DNA of 64,000 nucleotides from Hamiltosporidium tvaerminnensis FI-OER-3-3 (GCA_022605425.2 CM061248.1:1364001-1428000), one strand, 5' to 3'. Positions 23,651-36,899 are shown, counted from the first letter of the stretch. Notes: generated from the sequence alone by a model not told the origin. Program-made: numbers and translations.

Positions 23651-25679
23651 AGTTTTCATTCTTTTAATCTAATTATATATATTTAAACCAATACAATAAC
23701 AAGTCTTTACACCTTGCTAAGAAATATATTAAACTACCAAATTATAAGAAAGTATATAATATTTACGTACTACAAATGAAATACCTTACAAATTATTTTT
23801 TAGACTTTAAAATGATTTCTCCTATAAAAATACTTGGATATATATGTCGTTGATTTCATGATATTCCTATAGAAAAATGCTTTTTTTTTTCTATATATCT
23901 CTATATTTCAGTTACATATGTCATTGCTTGACAACAAACATGAAAAAATAAAATCATTTTAAGAACTAAAAATAGAAAGTCTTTCTCTTATCGAAATTTT
24001 TTTCGAGAATATCTAATATAGATATACTACATAAAATACACTTTTAATATTCTCTTCAAGAATTGCACCCTACGATATCAAATGAAGTAAAATTCTGCTA
24101 TTCTCTTCGAGAATAACCCTTCTACATACCCTTTTTTAGAGAGACACTATGGATATTCTCGAAGTAAATATCCATTCCATATACATTAAATAAAAATTTT
24201 TAAAATGTTTAATAAAAATTTAGTATATGGTTTTTAAAAAGAAACAAATAAAAAAATTGTTTGTATTGAAAATGAAACTTTCTATGTATATAAAGAAATG
24301 CTTTAACTTAGAAAATAGCCATAATCACTTATAATAGAGATCTAAAAAATGAAAAAATAAATGATTTATTCATTTTTTATATGTCCAACTTATTTTCCTC
24401 CGATTAAAGGATAAATAATAATATTGATTCCCCAAATTTAGAAAATATATACACTTTATGTATATATAACAAATTTTCTGTTTCTTTCTTTAAAAATAAA
24501 CCTAAGGTAGCTATAGTTCCGTTGATATTTTTCATAATTGTAGTATTTTAATAGTGAATCATAAATTTTATTTTACAAATACCATTCTTCAAATTTTTAA
24601 CAAAAAAAGTAAAGATTTGAAACAATTGGAACCTTTTAAATGAAAACACGCAAAAACATATTTAATTTTTTATAAACCCTGAGACTTCTTATTAGTGTAA
24701 TCTAAAGTGAAATTGTAATGGAAATTTTTAATAAAAAACCATGCATATATTTTCTAGCAACTATTTAGTAAGTTTGTAAAACTAGATCTAGGTAAAATTT
24801 ATAAGAAATTTTCAGATTTACGTGCCTTTTCCTTTTTAGGCAAATTAACCAAACATATAAAATAATAAGTTTGCAAATTTTACTATAGTCAAAAAATATA
24901 TGTTTGTTAATATAACTTATTTACAGGTTATACATTAATAAATTTTTTTTAAGATGATAGCTTTAAGTATTTTTAATACATATTTAAAAGAATAATGAAG
25001 CTAGAAAGTAATTTTATATAAAACAAAAATAAATTTAAAAATGTTGAAAATTAATACTATTACTCTCAGTTATGATTACTGCATTAAGTGTATTGAGTTA
25101 AAAGAGAGATCTACTTTAGCCACAAATGTTTGATTTAACTTTTCTATTTCGCGAGTTAAGAATTGCAAATTTAAGCTATTAAAAAAAATAATTCAATCTT
25201 AATACAAGGTGTACCGTACGTATTGTTCCCAAATGGAAGTAAGTCGAACTAAATTAAATCAACCATTCATCATCTAAATCTATATTTTTAAAAACCGTAT
25301 TTTACAGATAATTCCAAAATTTTTAACTGAAAGTAGATTGTAGTATTTAAGAGTGTTAAAATAAACATTTTTTTCAAAAAATAGTTTTTGTTAAGAATTT
25401 TTCCGAATTTCGTAGCCAGGATATTTCTAGCCTAAGAAAAATGATAGAAGCATTATAAAATAAACTTAAAACAATATATAACATTAATAATTTATTATAA
25501 AAATAAATTACACATAATTTAAGGTTTAACAATTTTATTAGGACAATTTATTTATATTACCGAGCTATAATTCAAAAAATCTTCAGATTTTTGTCAAAAA
25601 ACCAAATTGACCATTTAGTGTGCAGTTTTACAATGAAATCTTTTTTTAATATTTTAAAAAAACTTAGACCTAAGCCGAT

Positions 25680-26350
25680 CACTTAAAAAGTTGTTAAACT
25701 TCAAATCAAACTAAAAGTAGAAAAGTTTTAAAAATAAAATATTTGAAAAAAACTAAAAAATTTGAAAAAATGTAAAAAACGAGGAAAACAGCTAAATTTA
25801 AGATAAAATTTAAAAAGCTGCAAAATAAAGGTAAAAACATATAAAAAACTTAATAAGTTTGTAACCAAATATAAAAAGCTAATAAAAAACCTTACCAATA
25901 AATATTATTGTAAATTAATAAAAAAAACTTTTAGCAAATGAATAACATAGTTTTAAAATATAAAAAAAAACTTTTTAAAAAAATGTAAAACGAGAACCAT
26001 TTATATTAAAAAGTAAAAATCGCGAAATACTTTACAGTTAAAATCTTTATAATAACTGCTATAAGACTTTATTTCGAAAAACACCATATTAGCCTTATAG
26101 AATCTAAAATTGTTATCAAAAAACAAAAAAACGCCTAAAGTATAAAATCAAAAAAATGGAATTAAAAAATAAAAAAAGTTTTAGAAAATGTAACAACTAA
26201 AAAAAAGACATCGAAATCTAAGAAAGAAATAAAACCCCGAACCAACGAAAAAATTGTGTGAAACTGTACGATAATGCAAAACTACCTTAACTAAATTAGA
26301 AGGAAAAATTTTAGTCTAAGGTAACTTCACCAGAATGGTTTGAAACCCTC
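25680..26350. repeat. A-rich low-complexity block, probably related to 36250-36840
   Basis: Both blocks open with ACTTAAAAA(A)GTTGT, consist of short AAAA-GTT/TGT-AAAA units, and end near AAACCCT. Confidence 0.35.
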
Positions 26351-27352
26351 TGTTTCGCATACATTTTTAATACTTATTTTTACAAAGTATATATTATATA
26401 GAAAATATAAGAAGAACAATTCCCTTTACATTCTAAATTTAAAACAAATTAAAAAAACAGAAGTTTAAAATTTGCATAAATAGATTAGTATTTACTTAAA
26501 TGTTAAAAGGTCTATATAAAAAGAAAAATGGCAGTTTAGCAAGTGAAAAAAAGCAAATGGCCATAAATAATACCAATTTAAAGATTTATTTGTTAAATTA
26601 AGAAGATTCGGTAGCGGAATGCTGACAAAGAGAATACAATTATATAAAAAAAGTATTTTGCTTTTATTTGTGTTCAATCATAAGTTTTAGATGTAATATT
26701 TTTTGAAATAAAAAATAATTGCTAAAATTGTAAAATACAGTAAAATATTTTATTTTAGTGTTTTCAAATCAAAAATTTTAAATTGAATACACATTAGACT
26801 TAATTCAAGAAAAACATCAAGAATGCTCTCCAAAAAAGAGGAAAATCAAAGTTTTCCGAATTAGGGACTTAGGTTAGTAACTTAAATGTTTTTTAGACAT
26901 GTAAAGAATTGATTTATAACCTAAAATTTAGAAAATAGTCTCATGAATAAAAAAAACGAAATTGGAGGGCAAACCTATTTATCTTAAATAGAAACAAAGC
27001 TTATGTGTAATACACGTACCACAAAACGGTTCAATATTTCTATTACGGACAAAATAGATAATATGAAAATCAGGTAAAAACTTTTAATAAAAATTCAAAT
27101 TAAGTTCTTAGTAAAAAAATTAAAAAAAAATTCAGTATTTTTAAAAGAAATATACAAAATGTTCTAGATAAACAAGTTTTTTTCATTAAAATATAAAAAA
27201 TTTGAAATTATAAGATAACAATAAAATAAGATTTAAAAACGTTATAATTAAATAAAAAATAAATTATAATAAAACTAAAAGCATATAAGCTAAGATAAAC
27301 TTTATTTAATAACATGTAATTCACTTTATCCAAAGAATTTTATATAGTATTT

Positions 27353-27378
27353 ATGTTAGTATGGCCAAGTACTAACAT
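27353..27378 (-). other. Perfect 9-bp stem-loop at the start of the LINE 3' UTR
   Basis: ATGTTAGTA (27353-27361) / TACTAACAT (27370-27378) with an 8-nt loop; begins at the last base of the ORF2 stop codon. Confidence 0.7.
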
Positions 27379-28877
27379 TACATAGGAGGGTTTCGGCTTT
27401 TTTCAATAAAAAACGCAACAATATCATGTAAATGGATAAATTTTTCTTCCTTTAAAATATTCAATAATCTTGTAAAATCATTGTATCTAATATTTTTGTA
27501 ATCATAAAATCTAAGGGGAGTTATTTGTTTCAGTAGTGTTCTATTATCTTTAAGAAAATCATTTTTAAAATCTTTCAACAGTTTCCTAGGGATTATTCTT
27601 GTATCATATGTATATTTTTCATAGGTATTCTTTATATGCTTAAAATTCTTTGTATTGTTTTGCATTAAATCAGAATACAAGCAAGTATCTATATTCGTAA
27701 TTAGTTTCAAACCAAGTGAAAATGTAAGTCTATTGGATATTTGTGTTATCGTTTCTATTGGTAACAAGGCATATAAGAAAGCACTCGGAATTTTCTGATT
27801 CAAACCAAACAAATACTTTACCACTGACTTCTGGATTCTATCACTTGCTGAAACATAGGTTTTATTAGCAGCCAATAAAAACATTGTATAATCCAAATGT
27901 GGTCTAATAAACGTCACATATCCTTTCAAAAGAAGCCTATAATATCCACTATTACCTATGCCGACTTTTTTAATTAGTCCATTCTTCATAATAATAGCCG
28001 CCTTCAAACTTTTTTTTCTTGTTTCTTTTATTGATGAATTAGTATCCGTTCCCTTCAAATTAAAGTAATACCCCAAATAATGCATAGGGCTTTGTTTTTC
28101 TATAGGGAAACCATTTACAACTATTTGGCATCTCTTATTCGCGTTGTAGAAACACTTCTGTTGGTTAAGCTCATACTTGTTATCAGATGCATGCGATTGT
28201 ATACATCTTATAATTTTCCTTATCTGTTTTAGTGTGGCACCAAATAGAAAAATATCATCAGCGTAGATAAACAGATTTTTTCTAAGATTCTGCGGAATAT
28301 ACAACAATAGGTCATCAATGAAAACATTATACAAATTAGGTGAAAGCACACTTCCCTGTGGTATACCCCTGGAAGCCGTAAAAAAATTAATTTTTCTGTT
28401 TCCATGCTTCAAGACGTACGAATTGTTTTCAATAAGCTCCGCTATCAGAAGGGTATCATTTAGTGATAGACCTTGGTAATTAATTAGTTTCTCAAAAAGA
28501 TTCCACCTATATACTGTATCAAACGGAGACTTTATATCTAACGAAACACAAATTAACTCCCCAGCTCCCTTTATTAACAAATGATCAACACCCAAAGCAT
28601 TATCTATTGGAGAATGTCTTTCTCTGAAACCAGTCTGTCGAGTAGAAAGCCTAAATGAAAGCTTTCTTTGAATACACTTTTCAAACAATTTTCTTGTCTC
28701 TTCAATCAACGCAATAAGCCTATAACTTTTCATTTCTTTTCTGATCAGCTTTATTCTATGGCATTTCCATGCCATAGGTACTTTCTTCTCAAATATAATT
28801 TGGTTGAAAAGTACACTCAAATGTCCAATAAAATTCATCGGGAAAGCTTTAATTAGTTCATTTCGTATGCCCGACAA
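27378..28877 (-). pseudogene. Reverse transcriptase part of LINE ORF2
   Basis: YRLIAL..RKLFEK, QTGFR, LDIKSPFDTV, GIPQGSVLSPNLYNVFIDDL, YADD, HYLG and FIRPHLDY motifs. No RNase H or C-terminal CCHC visible. Separated from APE by a frameshift in an 11-C run (28879-28889). Confidence 0.92.
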
Positions 28878-30121
28878 ACCCCCCCCCCCGACTTACCCAA
28901 TTTTTGATTTTTTAGTTCATCCAATAGCTCCACAATAGTAATCCCTATCAATTTGTCACATTCTGTGTCTTTTTTTTTGTTAATATTCAAATAGAATTTC
29001 TCAATTTTCTTTTTGGTGTCAGACACTAGAACTAATTCTTCTTCGTTAAATATCAATTGCGCAAACCTTATTTGTCTCTCAGAAATTTTTCTCTTTGTAC
29101 TGCTAGCACAAATCAATTTATGAAGCTCGGAAGGTTGTAGGTTAAAATGTTGGACCTTACCTTCTTCCACACCCAATCGTTTAAGTTTCCTACTTAATCT
29201 TCTAATTTCTTTTCTCAACAATTGCACCGATTGTGCATCCTTATTTGCTGACTTGCGTTTTCTCAATCTTTTCAAGTGTGACAAAATAGGGTTATGTGAT
29301 ACCCTCTGTACCTGTTTTCTGATTTGCAATTTTCTTGCCGCTTTTAGCAAAATCTTATGCAGCAAATTCAATTTTTCGTCAATTGGTAGAGTATTCAAAA
29401 AGAATTCGTTCTTAGTTGTCAGTGTTTCAATACTTTTCCTTACTTCGCTTAGTGTGTCGGCGTTTTTCAATAGATTTATATTATAATTTGTTTCCAGTTG
29501 CGCTGCCACCCGCCCAACTTGCACCTTTATTAGCTTATGATTCATTCCTTCAATTTCAATGACAACAGGTGAAACATTAAAATTGGAAAAGCACTTATCG
29601 GGGGTTGAGGTTTTGGAGCCGTGCTTATATGTGAATGGTGCCAGTTTTGTTTCATATAAGCCCAATTCCGCGTGCTGTTCGAGAACAATTTGTTCGTAAG
29701 CAACAGAGTTTTCCAAATTATAATTACCCAATGCTAAGACATCAAAGCCCTCATATTTACTTGGTATTTTATTGATAATTTTATAGGCAGAAACCGCTGG
29801 TGACTTATATATGAATATCAGTAACGTATCATTAATCTTTATACAGATACCAAAGTCTGTGATTGAAGGAATTATTTGGGGGTAAATAGATTTCTGTGCC
29901 AAAATAAGTATGTCTTCAGAATTTGAGTATCTTTTCTTGACCTGTTTAGAAAGCAATCTGGCAGCTATCCAATAGTTTGTATTTAAGTTATCAATATCAT
30001 CACGCCAGGTTTCTGCCAGAGCCAATATATCTAATTTATTATCCAAAAAAACGCAATTTATAATTTCTATTTTTTTAACCGAAAGTCCTCCTACGTTCAA
30101 AAAGCCAATACTATACAACAT
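28853..30121 (-). pseudogene. Apurinic-like endonuclease and linker part of LINE ORF2
   Basis: FLNVGGL, LDILALAETW, IYKSP, LGNYN (for GDFN), FTY, TPDKCF and MNH (for SDH). Confidence 0.85.
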
Positions 30122-31016
30122 TATTTTTTTTTATTTTATTGGGGTTGAGTTTCTCTTCCGAGCCAATACTTTTGGCCATTATATTGGCGCTCATGAGAAA
30201 CTCAAGCAGTTCTTCCCCATCTAATTTGTTTAAGCGAACTGCAAATCTTTTTAATCTTAAATTTTTGTTTTCTTTTCTTTGGTAGATTTTTTTCATTCGT
30301 TCTTTCAGAGCAGAAACATCTAAATGTTTCTGGTCATTAATTTCAGGACTATTTTTTAGGTAGGTCGCTGGCAAACCTTCGAATAATGTAACAATTTTTG
30401 ATTTGTATTTATCTATACAAATCACTTCAATCGTACTTTCCCTATAAAGTCTAAATTTATTATATATCTCGCAACGTTTCGATTAATTGATTGCAAGAAA
30501 AGTTTATACAGCCTTGTCCTATTACGTTTAGTTCCTGTGAAATAAACAAATATATATTTTGTAATGGAAAGGGGGATTCATCTGAAATTACCAACGCAAT
30601 CTGTTCTTTGGTCAATTTCGACTGATTTAGATTAGTGAACCCTTCCTCTGGCGAGAAAATTACAACTTTAGTAATATCCGAATCGCTAGTCTGTTTCATT
30701 ACGCGATTTCCGAGTTCACCAATTCGTTTATTTCACCCTTTTTATTTTGAAACGCATAAGCAAAATTCTCAGCGATTTGTGGGCTATAAGATCGCTTACA
30801 GCTGTTGCAATAGGTACGGGGATCATTAAGGTTCTTCCCCGTACCCTTATTCGATGTATTTAACGAGAAACAATACGGACAGGGTAGTTTTGGTTTATTC
30901 GGATCCCTCTTTTTTCTAGGCGTATGGGGAAGCTTCGGTGCCTGATTCCCAATCACATATTTGATTCTTGGAATAGTGGGATCATTGTCTGACTCCGAGC
31001 TCTCGGTTTTTTTCAT
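30111..31016 (-). pseudogene. LINE ORF1 (~300 aa, at least three frameshifts) with N-terminal CX2CX20CX2C zinc ribbon
   Basis: CPYCFSLNTSNKGTGKNLNDPRTYCNSCKRSY. Switching frames gives a continuous reading ...LTKEQIALVISDESPFP / TKYIFVYFTGTKRNRTRLYKLFLQSINRNVARYIINLDFIGK / STIEVICIDKYK... Confidence 0.75.
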
Positions 31017-32699
31017 GAATACTGAAATTCGCTACGTATTTATAGTTTAATGAATTTTTTTGATTCGACAGTAGTAATCTAAGTTTTGAAAAGCGAAACA
31101 TACAAATCCAAAGCCGAATAAATTTAATTAGATACAACGAACAAGAAGAATACATTATATCGTAATATATTAATTGAAGAAATATAAATCAAACGGTTAC
31201 AGAAATAATATCGCAGGAATATTATTTAATTAAAAACTTTACAATCATAGCAAATTATTTTTTGTTTTCCGAATACTAAAAAAAGATTCAGCAGAACCAA
31301 GATACCTTATCTTATCCAATAGATATATGCCTGTATGCAAACGAACTTCAGAATAGAAAGCTAAACTTGTAAAAATAGAATTTTGTAAAAACAGGGAATT
31401 TAATCAAAAAAAAACAAAATGATTAAATAAAACATTTTCATTGAAATTGTTTTTCGTTATCTGAATATACTTTTTCAAAAAATTTTCATTAAATTTCCAT
31501 TTAAAAAACTTTTTTCATTTTTTACATTTTATCTTGCAAGAAAAGCATTAAATTCTTTAAATTAATTAATTTGAATGCTATCACATAAGATTTGCTTATA
31601 TATAGAAAGTGTTACGCAATGTATATCCCGTATTTTTCCTTCTATTCCCTGACCTAGTTTGAGTGTAGCGGTTTTTGCCAAATATTAACCCAAGGGTCTT
31701 ATTTTTAAAAAAAAAAAAACAAAAAGAGCACAGGCAGGAATTTAGAGTCTAAAGGCTCTGTTTTATATAAGCCATAAAATTTCTATTTAAGATTATTCTA
31801 AGTCACCAAATATAGTTTATTTCGCGAAAGAAATTCAGGAGCAACGTAAATGGGGTGTAAAAGAAATGGTACAAATTCACCTTTAACAAATAAACAAGTC
31901 CTGTAAAGGTACAGGGATCATAAAAAGTCTTTTATATGTGCTCCTATCTAGTTTATATATGCTTCTTGCTTTTTTTAATTTTTAGGTTTATGGTTTAGGG
32001 AAACAAAGAAAAGATCTTTAGATTTTTTAGTGCGTGTTTTTATTCCGTTAATTAAAACATATCTCATAAAGAAGTCTTAAAAATTTTTTTTCTGTTTCTA
32101 GCAGCTTTGACTTATTTACATAAATTTATTGCTTTCTCAGAAATTGTGTGTAATCTGCTTAGATTCAAATATACGGTGATAACGTATAGTAGCAATATCT
32201 TCTACTAAAGAATTTTTAAAGTAATATTATACTTTTATTTTAATAGTAGAAATAGTAAATATGTGTAATTAGACTAACACATTTTTTAAATATAGCTTAG
32301 ACAATGTTTTACAATTTTTTGTATGATTTACGATATGGCATAAAAAGTTTTTACCAATAAATAATATTAAATCATTTTTTTTGAATTAATTTACCAATGG
32401 TGGCTTTATTTTGAAAAATAGTTAAAATAAAAAAGTTAGAATTGTTTTTAGAAACGAAAGACATTTAAACCTTGGGATTTTTAAACTTTAACTTTTTTAA
32501 AAAATAATAATTCTATATTTAGATTTTGAATCCTAACAGATATCAAAATTATTTAAACAATACATTTTATACCGGTAAATTAAATTTCTCAGATACTCTT
32601 TTGACTTACTACCGTTAAAAGTCTGTAACAATTTGTAACATTATATGTTGTATCTATATAGATAAGAAAAAATAAATTTACACAAAAAAACCTAATAAT

Positions 32700-34720
32700 G
32701 ATAGAATTTATAAGAACGGTTTTATTATACCTACCAACCTTTACCCTGACTCAATAACATCTTTTCATTATTCTGAATTTATTTTATTACCAGGCCAACC
32801 TTTTCCCCCAACACGATCTGAAGACCCCAACCTCATAACTACCAAAAATTCAAAAAAAGTCACTTTTACACTTGACTTATTTCAGAAGCAAAACCAAGAA
32901 TAATCACTTTGACCCTTACCCTAACCCAGAACCAGTGAAAGATAAAGAAACACCCCTAACCAATTCAGTTAGGGTTAGGGTCAAGTTTTGGTATTGTCTA
33001 AATAGGAGATTGTTTTATTTTCCCAGTACGGACATCTCTAGTTTTCTTAAATATTTCTATTCGGTAAATCATTTTCTCTAATTCTTTATTAACTTTCTCG
33101 AATTTTTTTGAAGAAAATTAAAAATTCATTATCATTCTTTTATTTCCTTTTTTATTCTACTCATATGATTTCTTTTTTAAAAGGGTTAGGGTATATATTT
33201 CCCTACTTTCGCCCAATGTTTTTAATAAAGCAAGTTAGGTTAATTATATTTTTTTTTCGTGTCCGTAGGGTCTTTTTATTTTTAAAAACGAAGTTTTTAA
33301 CGTAAATTTTTTAAATTTCTTATAATAAGTTAGGGAAAATGAAAGAAATTTTTTGTAAAAAAAATTACTATGTTTATAAGCCACAAATTAGGAAAGAAGT
33401 GCCATACTTTAGGATAGTACTTGGGTTAGGGAAAATACTTCTCATTAATAACAATAGGTTCGGGTAAAACACTTTTTTATTTTTTCAGTAGGGAAATTAT
33501 TCATTATAAATTTTTATATTTTTTACCCCAGCTATTTTTGCAAGATCGGTTGGGGAAAGGACAGTTGGTAAAAAAAATTAATGGAAAGTTAAGGGAAACA
33601 GAAAAAAGTAGGGAAACAAGAAAAAAGTTAGGAAAAAAGAAAGTCTGTTATAACATAAAGTTAGGGCAAGCAGAATCCTGGTTTGGGAAAACAGAATTGT
33701 GTTAGGTTGAAAATTTGTTTATACGAAAAGAAATGATTTTAAATAGAAGATAGAATCAATTTTAGAAATAATATTTGTTAAATAGAAAAATGTTTGATAC
33801 AATGATTAGGTTAGGGAAACTTCAAGGAGGGTTAAGAAAAAATTAGTAGGATTAAGAAAAACATCTAGTTAAGAAAAAATAATGGGTATTACGAGTAAAA
33901 TTTAAGGAACAAAAAGTATTTAAGAGAGTGTAGAAAGTTAGGGGAGGTAGGAAAAACAAAATAGGTATAGGGAAAAAGGGTTAGGGAGAAATAAGTTTTT
34001 TTTGGAGAGAAAGAGTAGAATATAAATCATTTGGTAGGGAAAAGAGCTACTGAGTTTAGGGAAAGGAAAAGGGTTAGGGAAGGGTTAGGGTAAAAGAAGT
34101 AATCAATTGGTAGGGAATTTTCAGAAACTTCTTTGGTAAAAAAATAAGGAGTAAAAACAGCATAGGAACTATAAATAATTTTTTAGTGGAAAAAAAGGAC
34201 AGGTTAGGGAGAAGGGTTAGGAAAATTAAAAATAATTTTTTTCCTAAAAAAAGGTAGGTAACATATTTGGTTGACAATAGTTAAATTGTGTAATTCAAGA
34301 GAAGTATTAGAGTATAAAAAGATAGGGTTAGGGGGAAGCGGAATTGTATAGGGAAAAAAATTTTGATTTTTGCAATTACAATTTTGATAAGGGCTCTCTA
34401 TAATTGAAGAATGTAAACTGTCTTTACATTAAATATATAGCTTTATTCGTTGGGACGTTTTTTACTCCCTAAATTCTTTAGGCATAATTTAATAAATTTT
34501 TTTCTTTTATAATTACTTATAATGCTCTATTTTTTTTAATTTTTGGTTTTAAAATCTCTTGTATTAATAGGGTTTTTTACTTTGCATGCGTCGGTAATAA
34601 TACTATATTTAAATCGGTTAGGGAAGTAAGAAAATCCAACTAAAAAGATTTTAAATTATTTATATAAATGTTTTAAAGCATTAAATTGTATTTCCCTACC
34701 GGAGTTAGGGAAATTATAGG
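32700..34720. repeat. TTAGGG-subrepeat element, copy A: C-rich left arm, G-rich right arm, degenerate inverted symmetry centred ~33175
   Basis: Many (G)TTAGGGAAAA units at ~20-bp spacing; inverted pairs 32800/33555, 32880/33454 and 32922/33426. Confidence 0.7.
34071..34090 (+). other. Canonical G-quadruplex motif GGGTTAGGGAAGGGTTAGGG
   Basis: Four G3 tracts with loops of 3, 2 and 3 nt. Confidence 0.75.
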
Positions 34721-34749
34721 GCTAATAGTTCTAGTTCACATGTGGAGAA

Positions 34750-36170
34750 TACTTCAACATATAGATTAAGGCTCAATCCAAGTTTTTTAAATTTAATGAT
34801 CAATTATCTTTCTTTTTATATTTTGTGTAAATAAATCATAATTGAATGATATAATATAAATCAACATACCCAATCCATAGAAATTTTATTTAGCGAAATA
34901 GAATGCCCGCCTCGTTCCATAAACATACTTTATTTTCTAGTTATTATAATATAATATTCATCTATGAATATATTTAGATATCAAAGTATCATTCATTCTC
35001 TTACAGTACTTTATTTAATTAATTTCAAAAAAGTTTAAAAATTTATTTGTAGCTTTACATACAAACAAGAAAAAAATATGTAAAAATAGTTAAAAAATAA
35101 GAAAATATTTAGTTTAATATAAAACCAAATTTATTTAAGGATTACCTATTGTTAAACTAAATTAAAATATCACGTGAAATATTCTATAATTCGATTTTTT
35201 CTTTGTTTAATATGTACGACTTCATAAACAAGTTTAACTCGAAAAAATACAAAATTAAACTATTTTTTGAATTAGTGGTAGAATTTTGAATAAACAAGAG
35301 AAATAGATTAAGAAAACTAAAATTGACATATAATTAACGTATAAACATTTATTTAAATTTGGTTTTAATTTATAATTAGTATAGAAACACATTTATCACT
35401 CGAGATATTTTATTGTACTATCGATTTTATTTAATTTTAATTCTGTAAATCTTTACTGTATAATATATAAGTCTAAAAAAGACTTAATAACATTATTTAA
35501 AAACAATAAATATACTTATAATAAAAATATTTTAAGTCAATACAATAAGACTCATGGTAAAAAAACAAATAATTGTTTTGTATAGAATATTAAGGGGATT
35601 TAAATATCGATTTACTTATATAGATTATAGTAAAGAATAATAAATGCATGTCTGTATAAATATAGAGACTATCAAATATATTTCAATAAAGATAATATTA
35701 ACATTTTTCTTCTTCCTCTTTAAAATAGTATAGAAGAAATTTTAAATACTTTTTCATATGTATATCTTTATTTTTATTGGATTTGTATTCTTTTTAAGCT
35801 AAAGAAGCAATACTTATATACTACCTGCAATTTGCTCAATTTTCGAAAAAGTAACTAATATGAGTTTATATAGAAATCCAAAGGTCTTTTTCAATATTCT
35901 ATATGATTAATGTTTTAATAAATATATTGAGAGCTTTTAAAAACGATTTCACAAAAATTAATACGGCCATATTTTGGTTAAAAACGACTATTATTATCAA
36001 GATAAAAAAATCTTATTTTTATATGATGATATTGATTTTAAATAGTCAGAATGTAATAAAAAACCAAAAAAACAAGTTAACCTTATTCCGAAAAACTTCG
36101 AATTATGGTAAAATTTATAAGTTTATTAAGGTTAGCCTCTTTAAATGCTATAAGAATGAATACCATTAAA
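34750..36170 (+). pseudogene. Decayed multigene-family member, copy 1 (3' part only)
   Basis: 35903 ATGATTAATGTTTTAATAAATATATTGAGAGCTTTTAAAAACGATTTC aligns with ~43069 and ~63779; ORF 35903-36169 is a surviving piece. Confidence 0.65.
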
Positions 36171-36899
36171 TCATATAGGTATTTTTACCGATTTAAAAAT
36201 AAATAGAAAATTATTAGAAAAATTGCTAGAAAATAAATTGTAATTCATAATTACTTAAAAAAGTTGTAAAATTTTTAAAAATTTTCATTTTTTGAAGAAA
36301 AAAAGCTAAAATTTTTCAAAAAGTATATAGAATGTGAAAAAATTTGCTAGATTATAGATATTTAAAAACAGCGATAGATATATAAATATAAAACCAATCC
36401 ATAAAAATAGTACACAATTCCAAAAATGAAATGAAAAAATGTAGAAAACATAAAAATTTATACAAAATTTTGAAAATATAAAAAATACGCTTAAATTCAT
36501 ACAAAACTTGAAAAAAACATAAAGGCTCGAAAAAATAGTGACGAATAACAAAAGTTGTAAGAATACTGAAGCATAAAAAATTCCAGAGATTCCAAAAAAA
36601 ACCTTATAATGCTTTTAAACACATTTTTTTTTTTAAAATATATAAAAAAGAAAAATACATTTCTTTAAAATGTAAAATATACACAAAATTAAAAAAAAGT
36701 AAACGTTTGGAAATTTTGTAGGATCAAATTTTCAAAAAATGACACTTTCTAATTCATATTTGTTTTTAATATATAAATATCTACAGATAGAATAAAGGTA
36801 TTTTTGAACTCAAATTTGTAATTCATTCAAACCCTTTCGGGATTGGGTGATACTTCTAAGAGATAATACGATAAAATCAAATTAAAAGAGAAAAACTAA

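Larger units (their letters stand above)
27300..31090 (-). mobile_element. Near full-length two-ORF APE-type LINE, inactivated; ends approximate, no TSD found
   Basis: ORF1 fragments, then APE, then RT, colinear on the minus strand with higher GC than the flanks. The ORF1 stop (30111) overlaps the ORF2 ATG (30121). Confidence 0.9.

Noticed and set aside
30697-30701. TAATG stop-start overlap between ORF1 pieces (coupled translation)
   Set aside because: The downstream frame is already open upstream of the ATG and ORF1 has other clear frameshifts, so decay is more parsimonious.
32872-34277. Short ORFs in the TTAGGG block and other 60-90-aa F/I/L/K-rich ORFs across the window
   Set aside because: Compositional artefacts of AT-rich or repetitive DNA, often with non-ATG starts and no motifs.
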